From: Sphingorhabdus sp.
GTDB lineage: Bacteria; Pseudomonadota; Alphaproteobacteria; Sphingomonadales; Sphingomonadaceae
NCBI RefSeq assembly: GCF_044357595.1
Contig: NZ_JBIKPH010000001.1
Location: forward strand, 29,863 to 93,862
DNA length: 64,000 nucleotides
Direction: 5' to 3'
Of the stretch, positions 47,545 through 57,575 are shown one piece after another. The translations under genes were made by a program, and so were the position numbers. Under the pieces are notes generated by a model, which was given only the letters and a program-made list of their open reading frames with translations, searched no databases and had not been told where the DNA came from. How positions within the stretch are numbered: the stretch's first letter is position 1; each line of letters opens with the position of its first letter.

Positions 47545-48450
47545 TTGAAGACAAATAATAGATCTGCAACACGGAGGCGCGGGATATTCAGGCGTATGAT
47601 TTTCTTGATACTCGCTATAACGGGTTTGGGAGTAGTCTCCTTAAGCAGCTTTCTTTATTGGCAGGGTGCCCAAACTCCGGATGTTTCGGGTGAATATGTT
47701 GCGCTTGGGAGTTCATTTTCAGCCGGCATAGGGCTTGGTCCCAGAATCGCCGGCAGCCCAGTTCATTGTTTTCGGACGGCGGGAGGTTATCCTGCGCTGG
47801 TCGCACAGAAAGCCGAGCTCCGGCTTGTTGATATGTCCTGTTCGGGTTCAACGACAAAGCATATTTTGTCTGGCGGGCAACTTCTGCTTGGTCCGCAATT
47901 GGCAGCAATTGGACCTGCAACGAAACTTGTTACTATTACATCGGGTGGCAATGACGTAGGCTATATCGGGGACCTGATGGCTGCGTCTGGTAATATGGGA
48001 TGGTTCGGCGCTTGGTGGCATGGTGATATCAAGTCCGCCGATGCACGACCTTATGATGTCGTAACCGCTAATCTGAACGCGATCATCACCTCGGTCCGTC
48101 AAACGGCTCCGAGTGCTAAGATTCTCATCGTCAATTATCCTGCGATTATTCCGCCAATTGGAAGTTGCGCTGCATTAGGTATCAGCAAAGCGCAAGCCGC
48201 CATCAGTCGCGACCTTGCGCAGCAATTGGCACTGGCAACGAAGCGTGCAGCGGATGAGACTGGTGCGCAGCTTGTTGATATCGCAAAGGCCAGTATTGGG
48301 CATGACGTGTGTTCCAAAATGCCATGGGTTAATGGTGCTTCGGTGCAAACTGGAACGGCCTTTCATCCCAATGCCGTCGGTGCCGCAGCAACTGCGGATT
48401 TAGTTATAAAAGCATATTCGATGCGTGCCACAAATGGATCAGCTTTGTGA
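47545..48450 (+). CDS. SGNH/GDSL hydrolase, N-terminally membrane-anchored
   Basis: YVALGSSFSAG, SCSG, GGND, FHPN; start uncertain. Confidence 0.88.
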   Translation: MKTNNRSATRRRGIFRRMIFLILAITGLGVVSLSSFLYWQGAQTPDVSGEYVALGSSFSAGIGLGPRIAGSPVHCFRTAGGYPALVAQKAELRLVDMSCSGSTTKHILSGGQLLLGPQLAAIGPATKLVTITSGGNDVGYIGDLMAASGNMGWFGAWWHGDIKSADARPYDVVTANLNAIITSVRQTAPSAKILIVNYPAIIPPIGSCAALGISKAQAAISRDLAQQLALATKRAADETGAQLVDIAKASIGHDVCSKMPWVNGASVQTGTAFHPNAVGAAATADLVIKAYSMRATNGSAL

Positions 48451-48475
48451 CTATACCAACAATGCATAAGGGTTT

Positions 48476-49384
48476 TTGACGATGCCAACAGCAAAATCGT
48501 TGAACGGCATGATGCACATTGATGGCGGTACATTCACCATCGGCTGCGCGGACTTTTATCCCGAGGAATCCCCTGTTCAGCAGGCCGTAGTAAAGCCGTT
48601 CCTTCTGAATACTACGCCGGTTACCAATACCCAGTTCGCCGCATTTGTCGACGATACCGGCTATGTTACGTTGGCCGAGACCGTTCCGAACCCTGCTGAC
48701 TATCCCGGTATTTTGCCCGAAATGATTGTTGCTGGATCGATTGTCTTTGCCGCGCCGCCAAAGGGACAGCCTTTTGGTCCGGAAAGCTGGTGGAACTATG
48801 TTCCGGGCGCAGACTGGCGCCACCCTTATGGACCGGAATATGGTTCCATTGCCCCTGACGATCATCCGGTGGTCCATATCGCTTACGGCGATGCGCTCGC
48901 ATATGCACTTTGGGCGGGAAAACGCCTGCCGACCGAGGTCGAGTTGGAGTTTGCAGCACGCGGTGGGCTCAAAGGGGCGGCCTTTGCTTGGGGGGACGAG
49001 CTGTTTCCCGGCGGCAAGATGATGGCCAATTTCTGGTCTGAAGGTTTCCCTTTCAAACATCCGCAGCGCTCCCGGCCGCCCTACACGAGCCCAGTCACCC
49101 ATTATCCCCCCAATTCATATGGCTTGTATGACTTGATCGCCAATGTCTGGGAATGGACATCGAGCGACGCGAGCGGGCCGGTTGGCAATAACAGTTGCTG
49201 CCATTCGGTTGACAGTCGTTTCGTACCCGCACCTGAAAGTCACAAAGTGCTGAAGGGCGGGTCTCATTTGTGTGCCCCCAATTACTGTCAGCGATATCGA
49301 CCGGCTGCTAAATGGTTCCAGCCGGTTGATACCTCGACATCACATGTTGGCTTTCGCTGTGCGCAATCGGTTGATGACGACTGA
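48476..49384 (+). CDS. formylglycine-generating enzyme (sulfatase maturase, FGE/SUMF1)
   Basis: RLPTEVELEFAARGG, NVWEW, KGGSHLCAPNYCQRYRPAA, HVGFRC. Confidence 0.93.
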   Translation: MTMPTAKSLNGMMHIDGGTFTIGCADFYPEESPVQQAVVKPFLLNTTPVTNTQFAAFVDDTGYVTLAETVPNPADYPGILPEMIVAGSIVFAAPPKGQPFGPESWWNYVPGADWRHPYGPEYGSIAPDDHPVVHIAYGDALAYALWAGKRLPTEVELEFAARGGLKGAAFAWGDELFPGGKMMANFWSEGFPFKHPQRSRPPYTSPVTHYPPNSYGLYDLIANVWEWTSSDASGPVGNNSCCHSVDSRFVPAPESHKVLKGGSHLCAPNYCQRYRPAAKWFQPVDTSTSHVGFRCAQSVDDD

Positions 49385-51664
49385 CTACCGCATCTGAAAC
49401 GTTACCTTGCCGAGCGTTCCTGAAAAGGGCTGATCGGCGGAATAGGCCGAACTGACCGCGCTGCCACGGTCGACGCCCAAATCAAACGTCTCGGCCACAC
49501 CGTAACCCTGAAGGGGCAGAGTGGTTGTCACTTGCTCCTGCAATAACACTTGATCGCCTGCTGAGATTGTCACAGTTACCAGTTCCGGTGTCATGGGCTT
49601 GAACGCTGGGCGATCGATCAGGACGGATAGCCGACTTGGTCCCACAGGCAATGTCGCTTTGGCTTTAACCGCCGTCTGCTGGCCTGAAAGATCGGTAAAG
49701 GTAACTGCGGGAATACCGTCGATCAAATAGGCCGCCATGCCGCCACTTGAACCGCCTGCCGCAAAAATCGGACCACTCTCATTGCCTGTCAACAGAGTGA
49801 TCTCAGCTTCCATCTTGAACGGCCTTGCTGTCAAAGGTGGCATCGCGCCAAAGCCTATATTGCTCACCGCACCATCATAGGCCCACAGGCCCTTGCGCCG
49901 TGCCATTTCAGCCATGAAATTCTTGGCGCCAAAAGCGCGTGAATCGCCAAAGTTAGATATCGGACCGACGCCATACAGATCAGCCTGCGCATCAAAAAGC
50001 GTACTGAGCGCTTTTACCTTATCGGGATATTTAGCTGCTAGATCATGGGTTTGCCCTGGGTCTTTATCAACATTATACAACTCCCACGGTTCGTTAATCG
50101 GTCCACTTTGATTCATCCGCCACGGGTCAAGCCGATGCGATGTGACAATCGTCCAGCCATCGGACCAGAGCCCCTTATTTCCATATAACTCATAATATTG
50201 CGCCTTTGTGCGGTTCGGAGCGTCCTTTGCGTCCAGCGCATAACGCAAGCTTATCCCCTCCATGGGGGACTGAGCTACATTGTTGACCATTGTGGCAAGC
50301 GGCACCCGCGCTAGATCAAGAATTGTAGGGGCAACGTCGGCGGCGCCTGCGAACTGATGACGCACTTCGCCGCGCGCGGCAACGCCCTTGGGCCATGAAA
50401 GCACAAGCGGCACGCGAATTCCGCCTTCATGCGTGGTCTGTTTGAAATAACGAAAAGGGGTGTTTCCCGCCACCGCCCACCCGAAGGAATAATGGGGTTG
50501 TGTCTCGGGACCACCCCATTTGTCGATGAACTGCATGTTTTCTTCAGCCGAAGGATAATGGCCATTCATGAACAGCGTTTCATTGTGAGTGCCGTGATAG
50601 GCGCCTTCGGCGCTCGCACCATTGTCGGACGTGATTGCAATGATAGTGTTGTCGAATTCTCCTCGGGTCTCCAACGCGTCAAGGATCCGGCCAAATTGTT
50701 CGTCCGCATGGCTCAGGGATGCGGCAAACACCTCCATTTGTTTTACATAGAGGCGTTTCTGATCGGCACTTAAGCTTTTCCATTCAGGCATGCCATCAGG
50801 CCGAGGAGCCAGCTTTGCACTTTTCGGCATCATACCCTTTGCGATTTGGTCTTTCAGGATTGTCTCACGGGCGACGTCCCAACCCATATCGAACTTGCCC
50901 TTATAACGGTCAATCCATGCCTTCGGCGCGTGGTGAGGGGCATGGGCGGTACCGGTCGCAAAGTAGATAAACACCGGAGGAGCAGTCTCCCTGACGCTTC
51001 GGGCTGATAAAAGCTTGATTGCTTGATTGGCCATATCATTATTCAGGTGATAATCGGTTGTGCGGGGCGTGCTAATGGGGCTTGTTCCATCGATTAGCAC
51101 AGGTGACCAATTATCAGCGTCGGCCGCAATAAAGCCATAAAATTTATCAAAGCCTTGGCCAGTTGGCCAACGCGTAAATGGTCCTGCCTGCGTCATTTCA
51201 CCGCTGGGCATATGATCCCATTTACCAAGAGCAAGCGTCAGATATCCCGCCGCTCTTAAGTTCGCGGCAATCGTGCCATCCTCGGCTGGAACTTTGGCGT
51301 CATAGCCTGGATGGGGCAAGGTCGCGCCTGCATGGCCACCCATATGCACGCTATGCGGATTACGACCTGTTAGCATGGCTGCCCGGCTCGCCGAACAGAT
51401 GGGTGGAGTGCGGTAATTGGCAAAACGAACGCCCTTTTGTGCAACGCGGTCGATATTAGGTGTCTGTACCAGTCCGCCATAAGAGGAAAGCTGCGCAAAG
51501 CCGACATCATCCATCATCCAAATAAGAACATTCGGTCGTGTTTCATTAGCCGGAGCTGGCTGTGTGTGACCTGAATCCTGCATCTGCACTTGCGCAAGCG
51601 CAGATGCATCTATCGATGCCAATATTGCCAATGTTATCATCGGCCGATATGCCCAACTTCTCAT
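49385..51664 (-). CDS. secreted arylsulfatase (Cys-type)
   Basis: Signal peptide, MDDVG, CSASRAAMLTGR, GKWD, SDNG, EGGIRVP. Confidence 0.93.
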   Translation of the reverse strand: MRSWAYRPMITLAILASIDASALAQVQMQDSGHTQPAPANETRPNVLIWMMDDVGFAQLSSYGGLVQTPNIDRVAQKGVRFANYRTPPICSASRAAMLTGRNPHSVHMGGHAGATLPHPGYDAKVPAEDGTIAANLRAAGYLTLALGKWDHMPSGEMTQAGPFTRWPTGQGFDKFYGFIAADADNWSPVLIDGTSPISTPRTTDYHLNNDMANQAIKLLSARSVRETAPPVFIYFATGTAHAPHHAPKAWIDRYKGKFDMGWDVARETILKDQIAKGMMPKSAKLAPRPDGMPEWKSLSADQKRLYVKQMEVFAASLSHADEQFGRILDALETRGEFDNTIIAITSDNGASAEGAYHGTHNETLFMNGHYPSAEENMQFIDKWGGPETQPHYSFGWAVAGNTPFRYFKQTTHEGGIRVPLVLSWPKGVAARGEVRHQFAGAADVAPTILDLARVPLATMVNNVAQSPMEGISLRYALDAKDAPNRTKAQYYELYGNKGLWSDGWTIVTSHRLDPWRMNQSGPINEPWELYNVDKDPGQTHDLAAKYPDKVKALSTLFDAQADLYGVGPISNFGDSRAFGAKNFMAEMARRKGLWAYDGAVSNIGFGAMPPLTARPFKMEAEITLLTGNESGPIFAAGGSSGGMAAYLIDGIPAVTFTDLSGQQTAVKAKATLPVGPSRLSVLIDRPAFKPMTPELVTVTISAGDQVLLQEQVTTTLPLQGYGVAETFDLGVDRGSAVSSAYSADQPFSGTLGKVTFQMR

Positions 51665-51686
51665 CTTGCTTCTCCTGATCTCGTGC

Positions 51687-52364
51687 TTACATCGTTGACG
51701 TTGCCCTGCGAGCCTCTTTTTTTGCTTCGATTACGGATGTCGCTGCAGCCAAAGCGTCCACAAACTGGCTTTCACCTTCATCATTTTCCAGGGCGAGTTT
51801 ATCGATCTGTTTGATCGCGGCGAAGATCAAAGCCGAAGAAAGGAAGATGCGGTGACCGAAGCTCTTGGTTCCATTGCCATTCGCTCCGTTTAGCATTTCG
51901 CGCAGAATTTGTGCTGTCACCGGATAGTCGCTGTCCAATGATGTGCGAATATCAATCAGGTTTGCACGCGACAATTCGTCGACAAAGGCTGCATAGCTGC
52001 GTCGACCCTCTGCATTGCGTTGTTCGAAAAATGGACGATATAAGGCTTCAACCAAATCTGAGACAGGAGGCGCGCGATGGCGGCCCCTTGCTTCGGCCAA
52101 AAGCTCTGTTCGCCGCTGCTCTATCCCAGGCAGGCGGTGGTTAATAACCGCCTGCAACAACGCGTCTTTACTCCCAAAATGATAGGCAACAACACTGCTG
52201 TTGGCCGAACGACTAGCTTTTACGATTTGCCGGACTGAAGCCCCATGCACGCCATATTCGGCAACCATATTTTCCGCACATTCGATCAATAGCGCCCGTG
52301 TACTGCGCCCGCGAGGATCATCAACTCTGCCTGCGAACCCAGTAACAGATCCAATTCTGCGCAC
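51687..52364 (-). CDS. TetR family regulator
   Basis: SVRQIVKASRSANSSVVAYHFGSKD. Confidence 0.9.
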   Translation of the reverse strand: MRRIGSVTGFAGRVDDPRGRSTRALLIECAENMVAEYGVHGASVRQIVKASRSANSSVVAYHFGSKDALLQAVINHRLPGIEQRRTELLAEARGRHRAPPVSDLVEALYRPFFEQRNAEGRRSYAAFVDELSRANLIDIRTSLDSDYPVTAQILREMLNGANGNGTKSFGHRIFLSSALIFAAIKQIDKLALENDEGESQFVDALAAATSVIEAKKEARRATSTM

Positions 52365-52395
52365 GTTTGACCTAATTCCTAAAATAGCATAATTA

Positions 52396-52412
52396 ATTTA
52401 ATAATATTAAAT
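52396..52412. promoter_or_regulatory. candidate TetR operator
   Basis: ATTTAATA-A-TATTAAAT upstream of the TetR-sulfatase unit; AT-only, so chance is possible. Confidence 0.35.
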
Positions 52413-52592
52413 ATATGCCAGTTCGCAAATTTGTCCACCAACTATTTTGAAAAGCCCGCACCAGATTGGAGACTGGGCTATGAAATGAGTGAGGCAACGA
52501 TGTTGAGGACACACAGATTTTAAGTTGCATTCCAAAAATTTGCAGGGAAGGGATGTCGGGATTATGGATTTGTCGAAGGAGGACGAATATTT

Positions 52593-53378
52593 ATGACGTA
52601 TGAAACAATTACCTTAGATGTGGCCGATAAGATCGCGACAATCACACTCAACCGTCCGGAGCGCATGAACGCTTGCTCGCTGGAAATGGCGGGTGAAATT
52701 AACGACGCGCTTGCCAGTGGTATAGAAGACGCACGTTGCCTCGTTATTACAGGCGCAGGCCGCGGTTTTTGTTCAGGTGCCGATCTATCAGCGCGCGGCG
52801 CGCGTTCAATTTCAGGCGGTGAGGGTAGTTATATTGCGCTTACCCGTCATTATAACCCGCTGATGATTAATCTGGCGCGTCTGCAAATCCCTATTATCAC
52901 TGCCATAAATGGTGCAGCTGCTGGGGTAGGCTGCTCAATCGGGCTGTGCGGTGATTTTGTCATAGCTGGTAAATCAGGCTATTTTCTTCAGGCTTTCGTC
53001 AACATCGGCCTTGTGCCAGACGGCGGCGCATCTTGGATGCTTCCACGCTTGGTTGGCAAAGCCCGTGCGACCGAAATGATGATGCTCGGTGAGAAGATTA
53101 GCGGAGAAAAGGCCGCGGATTGGGGTATGATCTACAAATGTGTTGAAGATGAAGCGCTTCAGGCCGAAGCCCGCGCTCTTGCAACCCGCCTCGCCAATGG
53201 TCCAACGGTGGCTTATGCGGTGACACGCAAAAATATCCTGACCGCGCTGGAAAACTCCTACGCCGAACAATTGCTTGCCGAAGCCGAAGGACAGCGCATC
53301 GCTGGCAGTTCACTAGACGCGGCAGAAGGCTCGAAAGCCTTTGTTGAAAAGCGCAAAGCCGCGTTTACGGGGCAGTGA
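52593..53378 (+). CDS. enoyl-CoA hydratase/isomerase (PaaG-like)
   Basis: LNRPERMNA, GRGFCSGADL, FLQAFVNIGLVPDGG. Confidence 0.92.
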   Translation: MTYETITLDVADKIATITLNRPERMNACSLEMAGEINDALASGIEDARCLVITGAGRGFCSGADLSARGARSISGGEGSYIALTRHYNPLMINLARLQIPIITAINGAAAGVGCSIGLCGDFVIAGKSGYFLQAFVNIGLVPDGGASWMLPRLVGKARATEMMMLGEKISGEKAADWGMIYKCVEDEALQAEARALATRLANGPTVAYAVTRKNILTALENSYAEQLLAEAEGQRIAGSSLDAAEGSKAFVEKRKAAFTGQ

Positions 53379-53625
53379 TCGGGGGACTGGCCGAGATTGG
53401 GCCATCGTTGTGGCGCACCATCATAACGATGGTGATCCCTGATGGGTTCCAACCAGCGACCTGATGATTAGCTGATGCAGGGTAGCCTCGAATGCAGAGA
53501 ACCCCAGCGCTGCGTGAAGAGCATACGTGGGCAGAGCGCATCATTCCCTTGCGCCTTTCGCTCGAGCAGGGATAGAAGCGTCCAAAGGCGCGGCGGCGTG
53601 GAACGATAGGGGAGCGAATTTGGGC

Positions 53626-54984
53626 ATGGTCGAACAAACTGCCGATGGCCAACTTCACGGTCACCCCAAGGGCCTGTACTATCTGTCCTTTACCGAAATG
53701 TGGGAGCGCTTTTCCTTTTACGGAATGTCTGCGCTGCTGACGCTTTACATGGTGAAAGAGCTACTGCTGCCGGAAAATGCGGTGCAGGTGATTGGTCTCG
53801 CCGCTCTCCGCAATATGTTCGAATTTCGCGGGCCGATGAGCGATGTGGCGTTTTCGGCAATCATTTATGGCTGGTATGCGGGCCTTGTCTATTTCACGCC
53901 TATGGTTGGGGGTTGGGTTGCCGACCGTATACTGGGTGCAAAGCGCACGGTGATGATTGGTGTACTCCTGATGAGTGCTGGGCATGTGGCCATGTCCTTT
54001 TATTCAACCTTTCTGTTCGCGCTGTTGCTGCTGATCCTCGGGTCTGGATTTCTCAAGGGGAATATCTCCGCGCAGGTCGGCGCGCTGTATCCTCGGTCTG
54101 ATGAGTCCATGCGCTCGCGGGGATTCACCATTTTCTCGACCGGGATTTGCATTGGTGCTGCAAGTGGGCCGCTGGTGACTGCGCTGGTTGCCGCTATCTA
54201 TGGTTGGCACGCAGGGTTTGCAGTTGCCGCAGCTTTGATGTTGATTGCTCTCGTCGCTTACATTTTGGGCCAGCGGCATTTGCCTGATGACCGCCCAGTG
54301 GCCCGCAAACGGGAGAAGGCGCCCGTCATGACCGCTGCCGAACGGAAACGTGTGGCGGTGCTTTTGCTCGTTATTGCGCTGACCATACCCGCTGAAATTG
54401 CCTATCCGATGGTATGGAGCATCGGCATATTGTGGGTCGATCAATATGTGAACTTGGCCACGTCGCTTGGCGCGGTGCCATCGAGTTGGTTTGCATCAAT
54501 GGACTCGATTGGCGCCATTCTTGCCGCGCCCGCGTTGATTGCATTCTGGGCATGGCAGGCCAAGCGTGGCCGCGAGCCAAGTAGCGTTACCAAAGTAGGT
54601 ATTGGAACATGCATTATTGCCATTGCCGCACTTCTTTTTGCTTATGGCAATTTAGGACTGAGTGAACCGGATAGTGTGGGCGCGGGGTGGGCTATCGCCG
54701 GCTGGCTGATCATGGGGTTGGCCTGGATGTATTATTGGCCAACGACGCTGGCCATTGTTAGCAGGGCCGCGCCTGCGGGGATGGGCTCTTTCCTGATGGG
54801 AGTTGCGTTCCTGTCTCCCTTTGTCGGACATGTGCTCGCGGGATGGGTTGGCAGCTATTTTGACCAAATGCACCCGTCCGTTTTCTGGGCGATGGATGCC
54901 GGCATCGCGTTTGTAGGCGGCATGCTCATTTTGCTGTTCCGCAAGCGCCTTCAAGCTGCGCTGGACCCTGATCTTGCGCCGTAA
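53626..54984 (+). CDS. POT/PTR family peptide:H+ symporter (MFS)
   Basis: HPKGLYYLSFTEMWERFSFYGM (ExxERFxxY), GGWVADRILG, GFLKGN. Confidence 0.93.
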   Translation: MVEQTADGQLHGHPKGLYYLSFTEMWERFSFYGMSALLTLYMVKELLLPENAVQVIGLAALRNMFEFRGPMSDVAFSAIIYGWYAGLVYFTPMVGGWVADRILGAKRTVMIGVLLMSAGHVAMSFYSTFLFALLLLILGSGFLKGNISAQVGALYPRSDESMRSRGFTIFSTGICIGAASGPLVTALVAAIYGWHAGFAVAAALMLIALVAYILGQRHLPDDRPVARKREKAPVMTAAERKRVAVLLLVIALTIPAEIAYPMVWSIGILWVDQYVNLATSLGAVPSSWFASMDSIGAILAAPALIAFWAWQAKRGREPSSVTKVGIGTCIIAIAALLFAYGNLGLSEPDSVGAGWAIAGWLIMGLAWMYYWPTTLAIVSRAAPAGMGSFLMGVAFLSPFVGHVLAGWVGSYFDQMHPSVFWAMDAGIAFVGGMLILLFRKRLQAALDPDLAP

Positions 54985-55164
54985 TAGTGCCGCGTAATTC
55001 CCTTATTCTAATTCTGTGCCGGAATGCGTGGCCGCTTTAAGAAATGCGCGCGCCCTGGCCATCATAAAGGCTTCATCAAAGTGACTTGCTGTAGACCCCG
55101 TTCCGACCCCTAGTAGCCTTTAACGTTCGTTAGTGGGCATGAACTTCTAACTAGGAGTTCTTTC

Positions 55165-57435
55165 ATGCGCCGTTTGTCATTACTTGCTATTTTATTGTCC
55201 TCAACCACAATACTGCCCGCCTTTGCCCAAGGTGTGCCGACAAATGAGGCTTCGAGAGAAGACGAAATTATCGTTACGGCCCAAAAGCGCGAAGAACGTC
55301 AGATTGATGTCCCATTAACGATTACCGCGGTTACGGGAACACGCTTGCGCGAAATTGGCGTTAATGACCTAGACGAGCTTTCAAACTATGTCCCTGGGCT
55401 CAACATCCAGGAGCAGAGTGCGAACAACCCTGGCATCGTTATTCGTGGTATTACATCTGACTCCGGCTCTGCCCAGCAAGGCGCGCGCGTTACGCTTTAT
55501 TATAACGGCGTTGATATCTCTCGTTCGCGCGGTTCTTATCAGGACATATTCGACATGGAGCGTATTGAGGTGGTCAAGGGACCACAAGCGACCCTCTTTG
55601 GCACCGCCTCTGCGGTCGGCGCGATCAGCTTGATCTCCGCGCGGCCAGAAGATGGCTTCAGCGGCGAATTGGGCGGCACATATGGTAACTTCAATCAACA
55701 TTCAGCCACTGGGTTTATCAACGCAGGCTCGGAAAAGGTCGCTGGACGCGTTGCCTTTGCCTACAAAAAGCGTGACGGTTATGTAAACAATTTGGCTGCC
55801 AGCCAAGACGACTTATACGCTCAAGACCAGTTTGGTACGCGCGGTTCGCTGCGGTTTAAACCCAGTGACGCGTTTACCGCCGACTTGATCCTTACCTATG
55901 ACCGTCAGCGGAATTCAGGCACACCCTTTATCTCCCTTACGTATCCAACCGCGTCGGGCGCGCCCAACGCTTTTGGCGATGCAGCCCTTGGCGGCACACC
56001 CAACGCACTCCGGGATCTCGGGCTGAGCAAACTTGGTCTCAAGCGCGATGTCTATGATGCCAATCTGACGGTCAACTGGGATATCGCAGATGATTGGGTG
56101 CTCACTATGGTCAACGGCTACCGCAAGTTTGACTCGCTAGAAGTGTTTGATGCGGATGGCACAGCTGCCGAATATCTTGAGTTCGCTGAGCTTGCCCAAG
56201 GTGACCAGTTTAATCAGGAAACCCGTTTCTCCTACAACAGCGACAAATTCCGCGGGTCGTTCGGATTTAACTACTTCCACGAAAACGGGGTGCAAAACGT
56301 ACCCTTCTCAACGAATGAAAACACGTTTTTTGCTTGCCTCACCGCAACCGCCGCAACGCGGGCGCAGTGCGTAGCTCCAGATGGTAGCGTTCCTGCCGCC
56401 GCCAAACCGCGCATCGACTATCGGTCATTCTTCGAAAATCAGGGCCGTAACACCAGCTATTCCATGTTTGCCGACGGCACGTGGATCCCGACGCCAAGTC
56501 TCGAGATTACAGCAGGTGTTCGCGTGCAGATAGAAAAACGACTCTCAGGGTTCCGGGCTGGCGTGCCGCGTTCGGGATTGACCGGGGGCGCGTCAGTTGT
56601 ACCCGGACAAGTCGATACGGCAGGGCAGACATTCAAGTCTGAGGATAGTTATGCCGACGTGCTTCCGCGCTTTAACCTGCTGTATAAATTCTCGGACAAT
56701 TTCAATGCCTACGCCACCGTATCAAAAGGACGCCGCTCGGCAATCGTCAATGTCTCTGCGCGCTCTACATCAGGTGGCCCCGTTGCCAATATATCGCCAG
56801 TTCTAGAGGAAGTTCTCTGGAACTATGAGCTCGGGGTAAAGGGCACTGTGGGTATCCTTTCAGGATCAATCGGTGTTTACTATCTGACATATGATAATTT
56901 TCAGGTGAGCATCATCATCCCACCAAGCATTGTCGGCGTAACGCAAAGCGCAGGCACGGCGACAAACAAAGGCGTTGAGGCAGAAGTTAATGTCCGCCCA
57001 ACATCATGGCTGACAATGTTCGCCAACGGCGCTTACATTGATGGTGGCATCGACAACCGAGCAGATATTGCGGCAAACTTCCGCGGTGCCAAATTCCGGT
57101 TGCAGCCTGACTATCAGGCATCGGCAGGTTTGATCATTGATGCTCCGCTCGGTAACGTTAATGTGTTCGCAACGCCTAGCATCACGTATCGCAGCAAGCT
57201 GTATTTCGAAACGCCTAACCTTGAAGCGCGGAGCCAAGGACCGGTTACGCTCGTCAATATCGTCGGTGGCGTTCGGTTCGCCGATAATCGCTACGAAATC
57301 TCTGCCTTTGCGCGCAACATTTTCAACAGTCGCTACTTGCTCGACGCCGGAAACACCGGGGGAGCCTTTGGCATCCCTAGCTTTATCCCCGGTGAACCAC
57401 GGTTCTATGGATTGAAAATGAGCGCAAAATTCTGA
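55165..57435 (+). CDS. TonB-dependent receptor
   Basis: Signal peptide, EIIVTAQKRE, ERIEVVKGPQATLFG, C-terminal PRFYGLKMSAKF. Confidence 0.95.
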   Translation: MRRLSLLAILLSSTTILPAFAQGVPTNEASREDEIIVTAQKREERQIDVPLTITAVTGTRLREIGVNDLDELSNYVPGLNIQEQSANNPGIVIRGITSDSGSAQQGARVTLYYNGVDISRSRGSYQDIFDMERIEVVKGPQATLFGTASAVGAISLISARPEDGFSGELGGTYGNFNQHSATGFINAGSEKVAGRVAFAYKKRDGYVNNLAASQDDLYAQDQFGTRGSLRFKPSDAFTADLILTYDRQRNSGTPFISLTYPTASGAPNAFGDAALGGTPNALRDLGLSKLGLKRDVYDANLTVNWDIADDWVLTMVNGYRKFDSLEVFDADGTAAEYLEFAELAQGDQFNQETRFSYNSDKFRGSFGFNYFHENGVQNVPFSTNENTFFACLTATAATRAQCVAPDGSVPAAAKPRIDYRSFFENQGRNTSYSMFADGTWIPTPSLEITAGVRVQIEKRLSGFRAGVPRSGLTGGASVVPGQVDTAGQTFKSEDSYADVLPRFNLLYKFSDNFNAYATVSKGRRSAIVNVSARSTSGGPVANISPVLEEVLWNYELGVKGTVGILSGSIGVYYLTYDNFQVSIIIPPSIVGVTQSAGTATNKGVEAEVNVRPTSWLTMFANGAYIDGGIDNRADIAANFRGAKFRLQPDYQASAGLIIDAPLGNVNVFATPSITYRSKLYFETPNLEARSQGPVTLVNIVGGVRFADNRYEISAFARNIFNSRYLLDAGNTGGAFGIPSFIPGEPRFYGLKMSAKF

Positions 57436-57482
57436 AGCGTGATAAAATAGGAACGATCACGCTTGTGCTGTAGATTTCGAAA

Positions 57483-57516
57483 AACGCTTGGCCAGTGCAG
57501 ACGCTGGCCAAGCGTT
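57483..57516. terminator. hairpin between convergent genes
   Basis: Perfect 13-bp stem AACGCTTGGCCAG / CTGGCCAAGCGTT. Confidence 0.65.
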
Positions 57517-57575
57517 GCATTTGCCGGAACACAGGAGGGGTGGGCCAAGGATTGGCTAATCACTCTCAAAGTGCT

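Noticed and set aside
47695-47725. GSS instead of GDS in the SGNH block I
   Set aside because: The nucleophile Ser is retained and this variant is not unusual.
52400-52600. Possible genomic-island boundary
   Set aside because: No integrase, tRNA or direct repeat is visible, and I cannot compute a GC or codon shift reliably.
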